The notes beneath the pieces were generated by a model, which saw only the letters and a program-made list of their open reading frames with translations, was not told where the DNA came from and did no database searches. DNA of 64,000 nt from an uncultured Verrucomicrobiae bacterium. Its GTDB lineage: Bacteria > Verrucomicrobiota > Verrucomicrobiia > Palsa-1439. The first letter of the stretch is position 1, and each line of letters starts with the position of its first letter. The position numbers and the translations under genes were made by a program. The stretch is taken from positions 64,001 through 128,000 of the forward strand of contig CAWEWF010000006.1 in the NCBI GenBank assembly GCA_963812605.1, written 5' to 3'. Of this stretch, positions 54,022 through 64,000 are shown in pieces.

Positions 54022-54320
54022 ATGCGTGATCCTCTGGCGGTTGAATAGCCTAATTCATGCCAGAAAACCTTCGACGACAGACCTTTGCGCTAGGAAAAAC
54101 GCCTAGGAACCTCATAATTAATATGCTCCGCCTGACTAGGTACGAACTGTCCACTAGATCCCGCAACTTCGGCATGCGGATATCTCTCATCCAACCCGAA
54201 TTTTTTAACATTATCGGTTTAGCGAAAAAAGGGTGGCGACGAGGTTGATAATTCTAAATTGGGGTCTACCTCAACCTTTACCGGCTTGAATTAACCTATT
54301 AGTCGGACGAGATTGGGCGA

Positions 54321-55043
54321 ATGTGCGGTCGCTTCACTCTGTCCGCTGACTTGAAGAAAGTGGCCGAGCGTTTTGGCGCGCCTCCATTGCCTGAGTGGGG
54401 TTCGTCCCCGCCGCTGGACCCAATACCAGGTCATCTCAGTACTACTTTGGGGCCGCGCTACAACATCGCGCCGACGCAATCCGTGATTGTGGTGGGTGAT
54501 GACGGCAAACGGTACCTGAAGCCGATGCGATGGGGGCTGATACCGAGTTGGGTGAAGGATCCGGCAATCGGAAATCGGATGATCAATGCCCGCGCCGAGA
54601 CCATTGCCGAGAAACCCGCGTTCCGTGCAGCGCTGAGGAAGCGTCGCTGCCTCATTCCCGCCGACGGATTCTTCGAGTGGCAGAAGCTCGGCAAACTGAA
54701 GCAGCCTGTCCGCATCGTATTGAAAAACCGTGAGACGTTTGGATTCGCTGGATTGTGGGAGAAGTGGAAATCACCCGAAGGCGAAGAAATCACATCATGC
54801 ACCATAATTACGACCGAAGCCAACGAGCTGCTCAAAACAGTCCATGATCGCATGCCCGTAATTCTCACACGTGAAGATGAGGCGGTATGGCTTGATCCCA
54901 AAACCCAGGAAACTGAGAAGTTGCTGCCGTTACTGAAGCAGTATCCGTCCGACAAGATGGAATTTTACCCTGTGTCACGAGACGTAAATTCGCCAGCCGT
55001 TGACAAACCGAGCAATATCGAGCCGATTAAAGATGGCCTGTGA
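54321..55043 (+). CDS. SRAP (YedK/HMCES-like) abasic-site protein
   Basis: N-terminal MCGRF, RYNIAPTQ, INARAET, GFFEW, HDRMP. Confidence 0.95.
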   Translation: MCGRFTLSADLKKVAERFGAPPLPEWGSSPPLDPIPGHLSTTLGPRYNIAPTQSVIVVGDDGKRYLKPMRWGLIPSWVKDPAIGNRMINARAETIAEKPAFRAALRKRRCLIPADGFFEWQKLGKLKQPVRIVLKNRETFGFAGLWEKWKSPEGEEITSCTIITTEANELLKTVHDRMPVILTREDEAVWLDPKTQETEKLLPLLKQYPSDKMEFYPVSRDVNSPAVDKPSNIEPIKDGL

Positions 55044-55228
55044 TGCTTCGGAGTTTTATCGAATGGTGTACGCACAAGGTGCCGACGCTTGTGCCGGGAT
55101 CTCGCGTTGTTATGCTGAATAAGCAAATACAGTGACCGCGGTTGGTGGATTGGCAAGCGCTATTGACGGAGAGATTCCGTAGGAATACGATGCTCTGCGA
55201 TGTTTTGAAGCTATGATGAAGGTAGCGC

Positions 55229-55402
55229 ATGAACCAACGCACGACACTCCTAACCTGTAGCTGCCTGGAATTTACCAAACCAGTTTCATGGTTTAAGAAG
55301 GTCAGCTTCAAATGCCCTACCTGTGATGGCCTGATTGACGACAAGCTGCTCCAGGAATTAGCAACAGCAGGAGCGGCAATCCTGCGTCGGCAACTCCTAT
55401 GA
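55229..55402 (+). CDS. Possible 57-aa zinc-ribbon microprotein
   Basis: MNQRTTLLTCSCLEFTKPVSWFKKVSFKCPTCDGLIDD.. (below the ORF-track cutoff). Confidence 0.35.
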   Translation: MNQRTTLLTCSCLEFTKPVSWFKKVSFKCPTCDGLIDDKLLQELATAGAAILRRQLL

Positions 55403-55646
55403 AACAGCATTCTCGCATCAAAGCCCTGTCGAACCGTTAGCGCGACAAGGGAGCCGCCTTCTACGCGGGCAAGACATTCATGGTTGTGAGCTGGGAAAAA
55501 CGGCGAACGACCGGAATTTAGAATTGATCGAAACATAAATGACCGAAAGGAGCGAAGGTGAAAAGAATATTGCGATTGTTTGCGTGCTTCGACTTTGGGA
55601 TTGCTGGCGGCAAGTAAGCGCTGGTGTGCAGTTGGTTACGCCGCGC

Positions 55647-56189
55647 TCATTGGTGTTGACCGCCCCGTGACAAGATCTCCCATTTCTTCAGATCGAATTC
55701 GGATTGGCTCGATAGCCCGCTTTGATGCGCCCGATAAAGCGCTAGGACTTGGTCGATTGCTTCTGCTTGTTTGTCCTTTGGCTTGCCCCGCATCGCGACT
55801 TTGGCACGCGACAACTCACTTGCAGTCAAGGCACCCACTCGGACCAACGCAACCAGTCCTTCCGGCCCCTTGGTGGCTTCTGTTGGCGGGACAGCACCGT
55901 CCAACTTGTCGGTTGGCTCCTTTTCTGCCCCGGGTACACCGCGAAAACGCGTCTCGGCACTGGCGCCGCCGTGATAGATCTCCATGATCTCCCGGCCGCG
56001 AGCGCTGTCAGTCGGTACTAACTGGGACCCAGAGCAGACCAAGCACAGATTCTTGCTCAGGGGCGGAATGAATGACTCACTGACAGAGCCGCAGTTGGGG
56101 CAGATGTACTCGTATCGAGCGGGGTTTCTGAGTTCATACCAGACCCCGAATATCATGCACACCACGACAGCAATGACGAAAGCCAACAT
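55647..56189 (-). CDS. Membrane-anchored zinc-ribbon protein with SHOCT-like tail
   Basis: N-terminal TM helix, CPNC/CLVC, GLSSQSEFDLKKWEIL. Confidence 0.6.
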   Translation of the reverse strand: MLAFVIAVVVCMIFGVWYELRNPARYEYICPNCGSVSESFIPPLSKNLCLVCSGSQLVPTDSARGREIMEIYHGGASAETRFRGVPGAEKEPTDKLDGAVPPTEATKGPEGLVALVRVGALTASELSRAKVAMRGKPKDKQAEAIDQVLALYRAHQSGLSSQSEFDLKKWEILSRGGQHQ

Positions 56190-56415
56190 AGCAAGACTCC
56201 CTTTGGCAGCCGAGAACTGTAGCCGTCAACAAGAAAAGTCAGACTCTGGTATCTGTTCTCCGTGGCCAGGGTTGCTGCTAGCGCCGTACCATGAGTAGCA
56301 CAATTGTACAGGCGACTATCCCAAGCTAGGGCGATCAGTCGCTTCTCATTGCGGGTATATGCGGCTCCGCCAGAATTCTCGGAATCCCTGGAAATTTCTC
56401 TGGTGGCCATAAGAT

Positions 56416-56658
56416 TTACTCCGCCTGCGAAACCTGTATCGTTCTGCTTTCAAAGTCCTTGCCGTCAAATCGGTCAACTGCTCTTCATGCCTCCTTTTCA
56501 GTCGCCATCTCCACGAATCCAATTACCTTTGAGATGCGCGTGGGGCCGTCCGTGACTACATCGCAGGTGATGACTCTTCCTGCCCCTTCGAACAGTTGCT
56601 GTAGTTGAGAGTCGGTGGTGTCGACCGACAGACGGTGAACATGTAAAAGCGTTGACAC
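56416..56658 (-). pseudogene. RRM RNA-binding protein with an in-frame stop
   Basis: TTDSQLQQLF..G.V..IGFVEMATEKEA*RAVDRFDGKDFESRTIQVSQAE. Confidence 0.7.
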
Positions 56659-56749
56659 CTGGTTTTCTTTTCCTCTCTTTGTGGAAGGATAGAGGATCGA
56701 CCGATTCTGCGCCATTGGGGGAAATCCGAAAGTGTTTTAGGAAGTAGGC

Positions 56750-57223
56750 CTAGATGCTGCGTGGCTTCCCCGCCCGAGGCACCCGCAATGTGTATCCGTT
56801 GCCATTTTCCCAGCGCCAGTGATAAAAAGGAGTGAAGGTCAGTCCCCCAGCGATAAACCCGACGACATCATTCGTCCGCCGGGATTTGAAAAATGAACCA
56901 TGTCCGCAATCGTGGAAGATGATGAAGATACGAACCACGAATCCGCCCGCCAACACTACTAGCGGCACTGTCAGCCAGACGGAAATCGCCAGGCTGCGAT
57001 ACATGTGGTACCAAAGTAGAGCATAGCCGCCGAAGGTGTTGACGATTAGCCAGACAGCGCGCACCGTCGACGGGTGCTGGCAGCGCTCCGCAATTTCCTT
57101 CCAAACGGGTGTTTCCGACAGATCTTGTTTGGCGTCGCATGTGTGTCTCGACCTTCTAAAGGTACTCCAAGACGACAGGAACTGCAATTCGAGGCAGTTC
57201 AACGTTACGACTGCTGCTGCCAA
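56750..57223 (-). pseudogene. Truncated fatty-acid desaturase fused to a DnaE2-like C-terminal tail
   Basis: RIFIIFHDCGHGSFF desaturase His box, then ENGNGYTLRVPRAGKPRSI. Confidence 0.75.
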
Positions 57224-57811
57224 ATCGCATCCCTAGCCATGTCATTGCCCCCGCGCCGTTAGGCAGTTCGGCTGAACATCCACAGGCAACTGAGGAATAA
57301 TATTAACCCAATCAATACTACCAAGCCTTTCTGGGAGCGAATGGACAGAGTCGATGTTGGGTTTGAAAAAACACCCAGCAAGTGGTTGTATCCGGCAGTC
57401 TCGGATTTGCCTTGCACTCGGTTCCTACAGACAATCACCCAAACCGGAGCGATCAGCCGCTCCTCGGCGCGAGTAGATGCGGCTCGGTCAGAATTTCCGG
57501 ACTTCTTTGTTGTTGGCATACGGCTTCCTCCCCACCCGCGTTTCACTTTGAGGACCCGCCCTTCTTGAGGCGTATTGCGCATGCAAGTATGACCATTTCT
57601 GAAAAACTGTCAATCTAACAATCGTCCTGCAAGGCACAATTTTACTGCCTTAACAGCCGATGCGCCGCCATAGCCCAGTATTCATAGCAACGATTCCGGG
57701 CAGTTCGCTCCTTGCCCACCACTGCCGAATGGCGTTTAGCGCAACCAAATTTGAGCCAATGGACTTTCGCTGTTGTTGGCGGTAGACTTTAAGAAGAAAG
57801 AGAGGTTTTCT

Positions 57812-58048
57812 ATGAAGAATCCTACCGAAGAACAAGTCAGGAAACGCGCTTATGAAATTTACATGAGACAGGAAAACCATGGAAAAGACGTGGACAACTG
57901 GCTGGAGGCCGAACGCGAACTCAAGCTAATGTCAGAAGTTGACGCACCAGAAGCAACCGTTGCGAAACGAGAATCGACCAGAGGGGGCGAAGATGTGAAC
58001 GCCACAGTCAGTTCAGGACGGAAGGGAGAATTCAAGAAAGGGTTCTGA
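57812..58048 (+). CDS. DUF2934 domain protein
   Basis: EEQVRKRAYEIY..DNWLEAEREL; GAGG RBS. Confidence 0.88.
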   Translation: MKNPTEEQVRKRAYEIYMRQENHGKDVDNWLEAERELKLMSEVDAPEATVAKRESTRGGEDVNATVSSGRKGEFKKGF

Positions 58049-58101
58049 CAGGGTGAACTTTGCTTCAATTGCGAATACCCCGCGACTATAAAGGGATCAG
58101 T

Positions 58102-58236
58102 GGCATAGCGGGTTAGACCGGAGATCTCGTGGATGTTGAGTTTTGCCATAAGAACCTGCCGATGTTTGTCGACAGTCTTGGTGCTGATACCAAGTTCCGT
58201 CGTGGTCGCGTTGTTGGTCTTGCCTTCGGCAATCAG
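58102..58236 (-). pseudogene. LuxR/NarL HTH fragment
   Basis: LIAEGKTN..ELGISTKTVDKHRQVLMAKLNIHEISGLTRYA with no receiver domain. Confidence 0.75.
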
Positions 58237-58424
58237 CCATTACCAGTAACGCGAATTGGCGTGGGCAAAGGAATTGAACCTGGTGGTGTGATGGGCATAA
58301 GTGCCTTGTCAGGTGAGTGTCAGGGTGATAGTTTTTGGCGAGGCAGGTTCATGGGGGAACTGACGGCTGGATCCGGCGGGAAGTATTTGGGCAATTGGCA
58401 TTATGGTTGCTACTTGATGCAATC

Positions 58425-58856
58425 ATGCCATCCACAGACCAGTCCGAGTTGACGAAGCCTTACGCTAACATTTACGAATTTAAAACGCTTCTCTTGGTGG
58501 ACGATGATCGCCAGTTGGCGGAAACTCTCCAGTGGATCCTGGCTAGCGAGAACTTCCTCGTGGAGGTTGCTCATAATGGTGATGAAGCAATGGCGAAGAT
58601 TTCAGCCAATCATTACGATGCGGTCGTCTGTGACATCATGATGCCGCAGATGAAAGGCGACGATTTTTTTCGCCAAGCCACAGAGATCCGACCGGGATTC
58701 AAAAGTCGCTTCATCTTCATGACTGGCTTTGGCAATGATCCAGAAGTCCGTTGCTTTCTGGCTAAGTCCGGCGTGAAGTGCCTGAGCAAACCATTTCCCG
58801 TCAAGAAACTGATTGAATGCGTCAGGGAACTGCTCGCCGCTCCGACCGTCTCCTAG
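58425..58856 (+). CDS. Stand-alone response regulator receiver
   Basis: LLVDDD, CDIMMPQMKG, FMTG, KPF. Confidence 0.88.
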   Translation: MPSTDQSELTKPYANIYEFKTLLLVDDDRQLAETLQWILASENFLVEVAHNGDEAMAKISANHYDAVVCDIMMPQMKGDDFFRQATEIRPGFKSRFIFMTGFGNDPEVRCFLAKSGVKCLSKPFPVKKLIECVRELLAAPTVS

Positions 58857-58970
58857 GCCTAATTTCAACCCGTCTGACCTGTTCGTCATGTATGCCTAGA
58901 CTACTACTCCCTGTGGACAAGGAACTTGGAAGAAGTTCAAGCTGGCAAGCTGATTGCTATTTGCAGAAGC

Positions 58971-59387
58971 ATGCCTCGCAGCAATCGAAGCAAAAAAGAT
59001 TGCGTTCTTGTCATTGACGACGAGAAAGCAATTCTCGAAACGATCAAGGACGTCGTGGAATGCTATGGTTTCAAAGTGCTTACGGCTTCCAGTGGAAAGG
59101 AAGCCATAGCTGTCTTTCGCAATAACCGGAACGACATCGGGATGGTTTTGTTAGATTACTTGCTACCCGATATGTCAGGCGAATGGATCTTTGAGAATCT
59201 GCGAGCCCTGCATCCAGGCGTACGCGTGGTTCTATTGACCGGTTGCGAAGAATCGGTGGCTGATCGAATGCTCAAAAGGGGCCTCCGGGGGTACCTTCAA
59301 AAGCCCTTTGATTTACCTGAGTTTATCCAGAGCGTTCGCGACGCAATCAATGCCCCTGCGCTAGACACAGAACAATTGCTCGCCTGA
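58971..59387 (+). CDS. Stand-alone response regulator receiver
   Basis: LVIDDE, LDYLLPDMSG, LTG, QKPF. Confidence 0.88.
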   Translation: MPRSNRSKKDCVLVIDDEKAILETIKDVVECYGFKVLTASSGKEAIAVFRNNRNDIGMVLLDYLLPDMSGEWIFENLRALHPGVRVVLLTGCEESVADRMLKRGLRGYLQKPFDLPEFIQSVRDAINAPALDTEQLLA

Positions 59388-59432
59388 ACAGAACATAATT
59401 CCCTCAGATCTGCGGCTATTGACTCATCTGTC

Positions 59433-59663
59433 CTAACGCTTGCCGGCCTTGCGGCCGCCTTTCCGAGAGGCTGCCTGATTCGGCTTTTTACCGCGACCCG
59501 AGCCGCCGTTCTTCTTGCCGCCGTGGTCGGTTTTATTCACGGTCGCCCATGCGCGACGTTCGGCTTCTTTCGTACTGAGGCCACGTTTTTCGTAACCTTC
59601 CTCGATATGTTCGGCCTTGCGTTTTTGTTTGTCGGTGTATTTTGCTTTGCTGCCGCGCGGCAT
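59433..59663 (-). CDS. Small basic stress-type protein
   Basis: MPRGSKAKYTDKQKRKAEHIEEGYEKRG..AERRAWATVNK; GAGGAGG RBS. Confidence 0.82.
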   Translation of the reverse strand: MPRGSKAKYTDKQKRKAEHIEEGYEKRGLSTKEAERRAWATVNKTDHGGKKNGGSGRGKKPNQAASRKGGRKAGKR

Positions 59664-59757
59664 GTTGTTCCTCCTCTTTTTTGTCCGTGCGCAAGTCCTG
59701 AAAGCGCTGTGCTCTTTCAGCTTTGGTCTAGCACCCACTTTAGACCGCCCAGTTTTT

Positions 59758-60258
59758 TTAGACCTGCGCCTCCGCTTGATTGTAAGCGTTCTCATTCACG
59801 GATAAGGCGATTTCGCTGAGCTTCTCATCTGCCGCGCTCTCTTCTTTGAGCGTTTGCTGTAATAATTCTTCTCCCTTGACGTCCCCTAGTTGCTTCGCGA
59901 AGGCAACCAGCGTACCGTAGGCCGCGATTTCATAATGTTCCACGCGTTGTGCCGCGCCAATCAGCCCCGCATCCTTCAAGGCGCCTTCGCCGTCCTCGTC
60001 GATCATCTCGCTGCCTTCTTTGACGAGTCCTTTCATTGCATTGCAGGTTTTCGCCTCGGGCTTCATGCCGAGGTTAGCGAACACCTGCTCGATGCGCTTA
60101 ACATGGCCTTCGGTTTCGGAGAGATGCGATACAAATGCCGTCCGTAGTTGTGTCGAACTGGATGCCTCCGCCATTTTGGGCAATGCCTTCACAAGTTGTT
60201 GCTCGGCATCGTACACATCCATCAACTCATCCAGGTACAAATCTCGGAAGTTTTCCAT
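59758..60258 (-). CDS. DUF892/YciF ferritin-like protein
   Basis: YDAEQQLVKALPKM, AQRVEHYEIAAYGTL. Confidence 0.93.
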   Translation of the reverse strand: MENFRDLYLDELMDVYDAEQQLVKALPKMAEASSSTQLRTAFVSHLSETEGHVKRIEQVFANLGMKPEAKTCNAMKGLVKEGSEMIDEDGEGALKDAGLIGAAQRVEHYEIAAYGTLVAFAKQLGDVKGEELLQQTLKEESAADEKLSEIALSVNENAYNQAEAQV

Positions 60259-60489
60259 GACTGAATCCCCTTGTTAATATTTGTTTCTAAGTTCATCAGC
60301 ATTATTGATGACATGGGCAGGTGTGACAATCCGTCGGGACGCCGTTTTTCTGCTAAGAAGAAAGCAATTTTAGCTCTAGGAGATGCGCCTAAAATGCGTC
60401 CGTTTCCTCCAATCCCGATCAAAGAAAGAGAACCTCAATGAGAACGCAAAATGCTAAAAGCATCTCGTGCCAGCCTCTGGAATGGGGGG

Positions 60490-62112
60490 TCATTCCTTCT
60501 GAATCACTGGAACCCAACACGACACGATTACTCCGCCACCATCATCGTTGTGAACTGATAGCCTACCATCCATCATATGGGCGCGATATCGCATGATACG
60601 CAGTCCCATGCCAGTCGAGCCTGGCGCGCCAGCCGGCAGTCCGACGCCGTCGTCTTTGACGGTAAGCATCCATGCTGCCTTTTGTCTCGATAACCGGACG
60701 AGAATCTGTTTTGCTTTCGCGTGTTTGACGGCATTGTGGAGAGCTTCCTGCGCGATGCGATAAAGCTGGATCACTTGTCCATCGTGCAATCCTGCGAGAT
60801 CCTCCTCGGCTTCAACGTCGCACCGCACCCCGAAGCTTTCCTGGTTTCGGCGCGCGAGTTCCAAGAGAGCCACCAGCAACCCGTATTTCTCGACTTCGAC
60901 CGGATAAAAACCCTTTGCCAATTGTCTTGCCTTGTCGGCGCTTCCTCGCAGCATCATTTCCAGCCGCTGTGCCTCAGTGGCTTGTTTCGGTGCTGCTTTC
61001 ATCAGATTCATTTTCAGCACATCCAGCATCATCGCGATGCCAGTCAACTCCTGCCCCAACCCGTCGTGCAATTCCTGGCCTAGCCGCTCTTGTTCAGCCT
61101 CCGCAGCCCCTGCAACCTCGGCTTCCAATCGCTTTCGCTCGGCGGCCTCCGTTTGCAATTGCTGAGTCTGCTCGGCGACGCGCGATTCAAGAGTAAGCCG
61201 CCACCTCCCAAGTTCGTCTTCCATACGTTTGCGCTGGGTAATGTCGCGCGCAATTTTCGATGCCCCGATGATCTTTTGGTTGGAGTCGATCACGGGAGAG
61301 ATTGTTAGCGATATATCGAGCAATGCACCGTCTTTTCGGCGACGGACGGTCTCGTAATGTTCTACGGACTCTCCCCGTCGGATACGCTCCAGAATCCCAG
61401 TCTCTTCATCGGATCGCTCGGGCGGTATGAGCATGGTTATCGATTGGCCAATTGCTTCCTGAGCCGTGTAACCGAACAATCTTTCTGCCCCCTTGTTCCA
61501 AGTCATGATGATACCGTTCAGGTCCTTGCTGACGATGGCGTCATCCGATGATTCTACAATCGCGGCTAGTCTGGCGCGCGCCTCTTCTGCTTGTTTGCGC
61601 TCGGTTATGTCCAACAACATATTGACGCCACCAGTGATGGTTCCGTCCGGATCCCGCAATGGCGTTGGATACGGCGTAAACCAGATGCGCTTGCCATCGG
61701 GTCGTTCGGCGATCGCTTCCACGTCGCGCAGAATACGGCCTTCCTTTAGCGCAATCGCCATCGGGCATTTATCATGCGGCATTGGCGTGCCATCGGGATA
61801 ATAGAGCTTCCAGGTTACGCACCACTGATCGCTGCCCAGTTGTGGCGTTCGGCCAGAGAATTCCACAGCGGCCGCGTTGAAGTGCGTGAGTCGCCCTTCC
61901 GCATCGGTGGTGTAAATCGCTACCGGCAACGCGTCGATCATCTGCCGAAAACGGCGTTCGCTTTCGGGCAGCGTTCGCTCAACTTCCTTCTGATCGGGAG
62001 GTATGGCACCCAGAGGTTGTGTTAATCCGACCTCAGGGCACATGCTCTCCAACAGAATGTGTCCCTCCACTTGTGCTGCTAACGGTGAACTCTTCGCCAT
62101 GTTGCCCTCCAT
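60490..62112 (-). CDS. PAS-PAS HisKA_3 (NarX-type) sensor kinase
   Basis: Two PAS/PAC domains; QELHDGLGQ, QEALHNAVKHA, GMGL. Confidence 0.9.
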   Translation of the reverse strand: MEGNMAKSSPLAAQVEGHILLESMCPEVGLTQPLGAIPPDQKEVERTLPESERRFRQMIDALPVAIYTTDAEGRLTHFNAAAVEFSGRTPQLGSDQWCVTWKLYYPDGTPMPHDKCPMAIALKEGRILRDVEAIAERPDGKRIWFTPYPTPLRDPDGTITGGVNMLLDITERKQAEEARARLAAIVESSDDAIVSKDLNGIIMTWNKGAERLFGYTAQEAIGQSITMLIPPERSDEETGILERIRRGESVEHYETVRRRKDGALLDISLTISPVIDSNQKIIGASKIARDITQRKRMEDELGRWRLTLESRVAEQTQQLQTEAAERKRLEAEVAGAAEAEQERLGQELHDGLGQELTGIAMMLDVLKMNLMKAAPKQATEAQRLEMMLRGSADKARQLAKGFYPVEVEKYGLLVALLELARRNQESFGVRCDVEAEEDLAGLHDGQVIQLYRIAQEALHNAVKHAKAKQILVRLSRQKAAWMLTVKDDGVGLPAGAPGSTGMGLRIMRYRAHMMDGRLSVHNDDGGGVIVSCWVPVIQKE

Positions 62113-62517
62113 GAGGAAACCTAATGAATTGCTCGGATATGACTGGTTTGTGGCAAGTCTGCATGAAACAGCGAAGTGTGTCTTCCTGGTTTCATCTTGA
62201 GCTTCTTCACCTTACTAATTATCTCGAGAATCAGCTTGGTTCGATCTGCAAGAGGAACACGTACGCTCGCACTCAGCCCTATTATGTAGAGCCAGCTGGG
62301 AATGCCAATCAGAACGAGCCCTATTTTATACTAGGAAAACTTCCTAGAAAAAAGGCCCTTTGGAGAGCGCTCAAATCAGTTACGCCGTATGCTCATTGAG
62401 AAAGCCTGTCTCGGCACAGCATTAGGAGTCGTTCTTATGATGACATGGGGCCTTTGACAACTAGCGGAGCGCCCGAAAGCCCACTATCATGCAATACTCG
62501 AAAGGAGGATTCGAAAA

Positions 62518-64000
62518 ATGAAACCAGGGAACAATCTTCAAATTGATGGGAAAACGGTGCCTGTCTCCAATTTGGACAAAGTTCTTTATCCATCTTGCAA
62601 TTTCACCAAGGGCGAAATCATTGATTACTACATTCGCATCAGCCGGTTCTTTTGCCTCATCTAAAAGACCGCCCTCTTAGCCTTAAACGCTACCCGGGGG
62701 GTGTCGAAAAAGAATACTTCTATGAAAAGCGTTGCCCTCCGTATCGTCCCAAATGGGTAAAAACCATAGGAATGTGGAGCGAGGGAAATCAGGAGACCAT
62801 TCACTTTTGTGCTGTGGACAACCTGCCCTCCCTGGTCTGGGCGGCTAATTTAGCGAACTTGGAACTGCACACCTATCTATGCAAGCGTCAAAAATTGACG
62901 AAACCTACCGTTGTGGCGTTTGATTCGGATCCGGAGACGGCACCGATGTCCTGAATTGTGCCAGCCTCGCGCTCGCCCTGCGTTCTTTGTTTCAACGGCT
63001 GGATTTGGAGTGTTTCGTCAAGACCTCCGGCTCAAAGGGACTGCAGATCTACGTCCCCTTAAATACGCCAGTGACTTTCGACGAGACGAAGCAATTCGCC
63101 AAGGCCATAGCGGAAGAATTAGCCACGCAGTTACCACATCAGGTCACCGCAGACATGAAAAAGAGTCTTCGTCGCGGGAAGATATTTGTGGATTGGAGTC
63201 AAAACGACCAACACAAGACCACGGTCTGTGTCTATTCGTTGCGCGGTAAGGAAAAACCAACGGTTTCGACACCATTGAAATGGTCCGAACTGCAAGCGGC
63301 GCTCGCCGACAAGAATGCCGACGCGCTGGTGTTCACGTCCTCGATGGTGTTAGACCGCACCAAGCGTTTGGGCGATCTGTTTGCGCCGGTACTATCGATG
63401 AAGCAGAAGTTGCCTAAATTGAAGAGCCTCATGAAAGCGCTGGCTCACGACGCAACGGGTAATCTTGCGCAATACAAAAACAAACGGGATTTTAGCCAAA
63501 GCTCCGAACCCAGTGGCGACCTTTCTGAGAAGTCCAACAGCGCACTTTTCGTTATCCAGAAACATGCCGCCAGTCATCTTCACTATGACTTCCGGCTGGA
63601 AGCGGACGGTGTTCTAAAATCTTGGGCCGTTCCCAAGGGTTTACCACTCCGAAAGGGCGAAAAGCGGCTTGCCATCCAAGTCGAAGACCACCCATTTGAC
63701 TACGCGCGGTTTGAAGGGACAATTCCCAAAGGCAATTACGGTGGCGGAACGGTTATGGTGTGGGACATCGGTAACTATGCGGTCGTGGACAAAGACATTG
63801 GGGAAGCGTTAAGGGCGGGCAGCATACATTTGCGCTTGGAGGGTAAGAAACTTCGCGGAGATTGGACGCTGGTCCGCCTGAAGAAGGCTGAGGAAAAGAA
63901 ACAGCCTTGGTTGTTCATTAAGAGCGGCTCTGACCATAAGCGGATCACTTCCCAAGTGGAGGACCAGTCCGCTCTGAGCCATCGTTCAATGACAGAGATC
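62518..64000 (+). pseudogene. ligD: LigD-like NHEJ protein (Pol then PE domain), two frameshifts, 3' partial
   Basis: SNLDKVLYP, KRYPGG, KTSGSKGLQ (Pol); FVIQKHAASHLHYDFRLE..SWAVPKG..EDHP (PE); frameshifts near 62645 and 62935. Confidence 0.85.

Larger units (their letters stand above)
35719..64000. mobile_element. Genomic island inserted at tRNA-Pro (right end beyond the window)
   Basis: Truncated tRNA at the boundary, arm-type-like direct repeats, excisionase-like gene, visibly more AT-rich composition, many pseudogenes; no integrase within the window. Confidence 0.75.

Noticed and set aside
39040-56487. TGA recoding suggested by in-frame TGA in the UdgX and RRM genes
   Set aside because: Neighbouring genes end normally at TGA and both genes show other signs of decay; nonsense mutations are simpler.

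Overview
Bacterial chromosome segment, probably Verrucomicrobia/PVC (inferred from the repeat families, the C-terminal motif of the large secreted protein and the LexA operator type). Bases 1-~35.7 kb are mostly core genome: mfd, sodC, a Dtd-RAYT fusion, trmJ, lipA, a two-component pair, a 1853-aa secreted repeat protein, a tRNA-Glu islet with a DUF4160/DUF2442 TA pair, rpsB-tsf-pyrH-frr, tyrA-aroA-cmk-plsC-rpsA, hicBA and tyrS. Several REP/REPIN-like palindromic repeat families are scattered through this part. After tyrS, a small GIY-YIG nuclease gene sits among tRNA-Pro-derived units whose anticodon arm is replaced by a TCCCGAGC..GCTCGGGA hairpin. A tRNA-Pro(TGG) 5' half cut at the anticodon loop follows and marks the left edge of a genomic island of more than 28 kb that runs off the window. 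The island carries general-stress and signalling genes, many decayed, and a DNA damage-tolerance set: LexA, a single-chain Y-family + C-family polymerase fusion (DinB-DnaE), an MmcB-like nuclease, SRAP, UdgX and LigD. Its intergenic regions share a TAGG-N7-CCTA motif. Single-base frameshifts, including one in essential frr, suggest some indel sequencing errors.
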